This document shows positions 63,589-64,000 of a DNA stretch of 64,000 nucleotides, in pieces; within the stretch, counting starts at the first letter, position 1; every line of letters begins with the position of its first letter. Below the pieces are notes generated by a model. It was given only the letters and a program-made list of their open reading frames with translations, did no database searches and was not told where the DNA came from. The translations under genes were made by a program, and so were the position numbers. The DNA lies in the NCBI GenBank assembly GCA_964035545.1, contig OZ037765.1, positions 29,945,504 to 30,009,503 of the forward strand, given 5' to 3'. This DNA comes from Bugula neritina (taxonomy: Eukaryota > Animalia > Bryozoa).

Positions 63589-64000
63589 ATGTCATACAAC
63601 AAAAGTATTGGCCAAAACACTGGTGGGTGGCCACAGCATGGCCATCAGCCAACCAGAACCAATGTCTGGCAGCAACCTAGCAACTACGGCAATACATCAG
63701 GGAACTTTACTAATTTTGGAGGAGCTGGTGCCCGGGACATGCCACCCCCACAACTCCCTTCTGTGTATGGGTCCAGTAGACCCCCCCAGGCTATGCACCA
63801 AGGCTCAGGTCCCCTGTCTATGGGTGCAAGAATGCATATGAATTACCCGATGATGCCGAATACACCTGTGCCTATGATGCCTGGTCACAGACAGCAAGTT
63901 CGATACAGCCTACCTCTACCTGACCAATCAGTGGCCAGGGGCGATTTCAATGCTCCTAACTCAATTCCACCACAAATAGATTTTAGTAAAAGTGCTTTTA
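63589..64000 (+). CDS. 5' part of an unidentified gene with a Pro/Gln/Gly/Met-rich disordered N-terminus (runs off the window)
   Basis: Acceptor gttttag at 63572, ATG 63589, open for 137 codons to the window end: MSYNKSIGQNTGGWPQHGHQPTRTNVWQQPSNYG...MPPPQLP...MNYPMMPNTPVPMMPG...; not in the ORF track because it has no stop. Confidence 0.75.
   Translation, partial: MSYNKSIGQNTGGWPQHGHQPTRTNVWQQPSNYGNTSGNFTNFGGAGARDMPPPQLPSVYGSSRPPQAMHQGSGPLSMGARMHMNYPMMPNTPVPMMPGHRQQVRYSLPLPDQSVARGDFNAPNSIPPQIDFSKSAF

Overview
AT-rich, intron-rich, gene-dense metazoan DNA (invertebrate; a lophotrochozoan is my inference from style only). Most entries in the ORF track are single exons or spurious. I assembled nine complete spliced genes by hand, all GT-AG with consistent phases: SUOX(-), LSM4(+), CEP20/FOPNL(-), ADPRH(+), a PMP22/claudin-family tetraspan(-), sFRP1/2/5(+), SAP30BP(-), a single-RRM RGG/GYGQQ RNA-binding protein(-) and a 22-exon type II transmembrane MACIT collagen (COL13/23/25-like, +). 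A tenth gene starts at the right edge. Mobile DNA: 3-4 copies of a tRNA-derived SINE, two 5'-truncated RTE-type LINE ends with target-site duplications, and a small element with tRNA-like direct repeats. Best leads: (1) a recurring low-complexity A-N-T zone flanking the housekeeping promoters but not the developmental ones; (2) a TRIM-like element with a tRNA inside its terminal repeats; (3) a candidate poison exon in the RRM/prion-like gene; (4) a stop codon at the conserved C-terminal Trp of the MACIT collagen. All identifications are by eye and from memory; no search was run.
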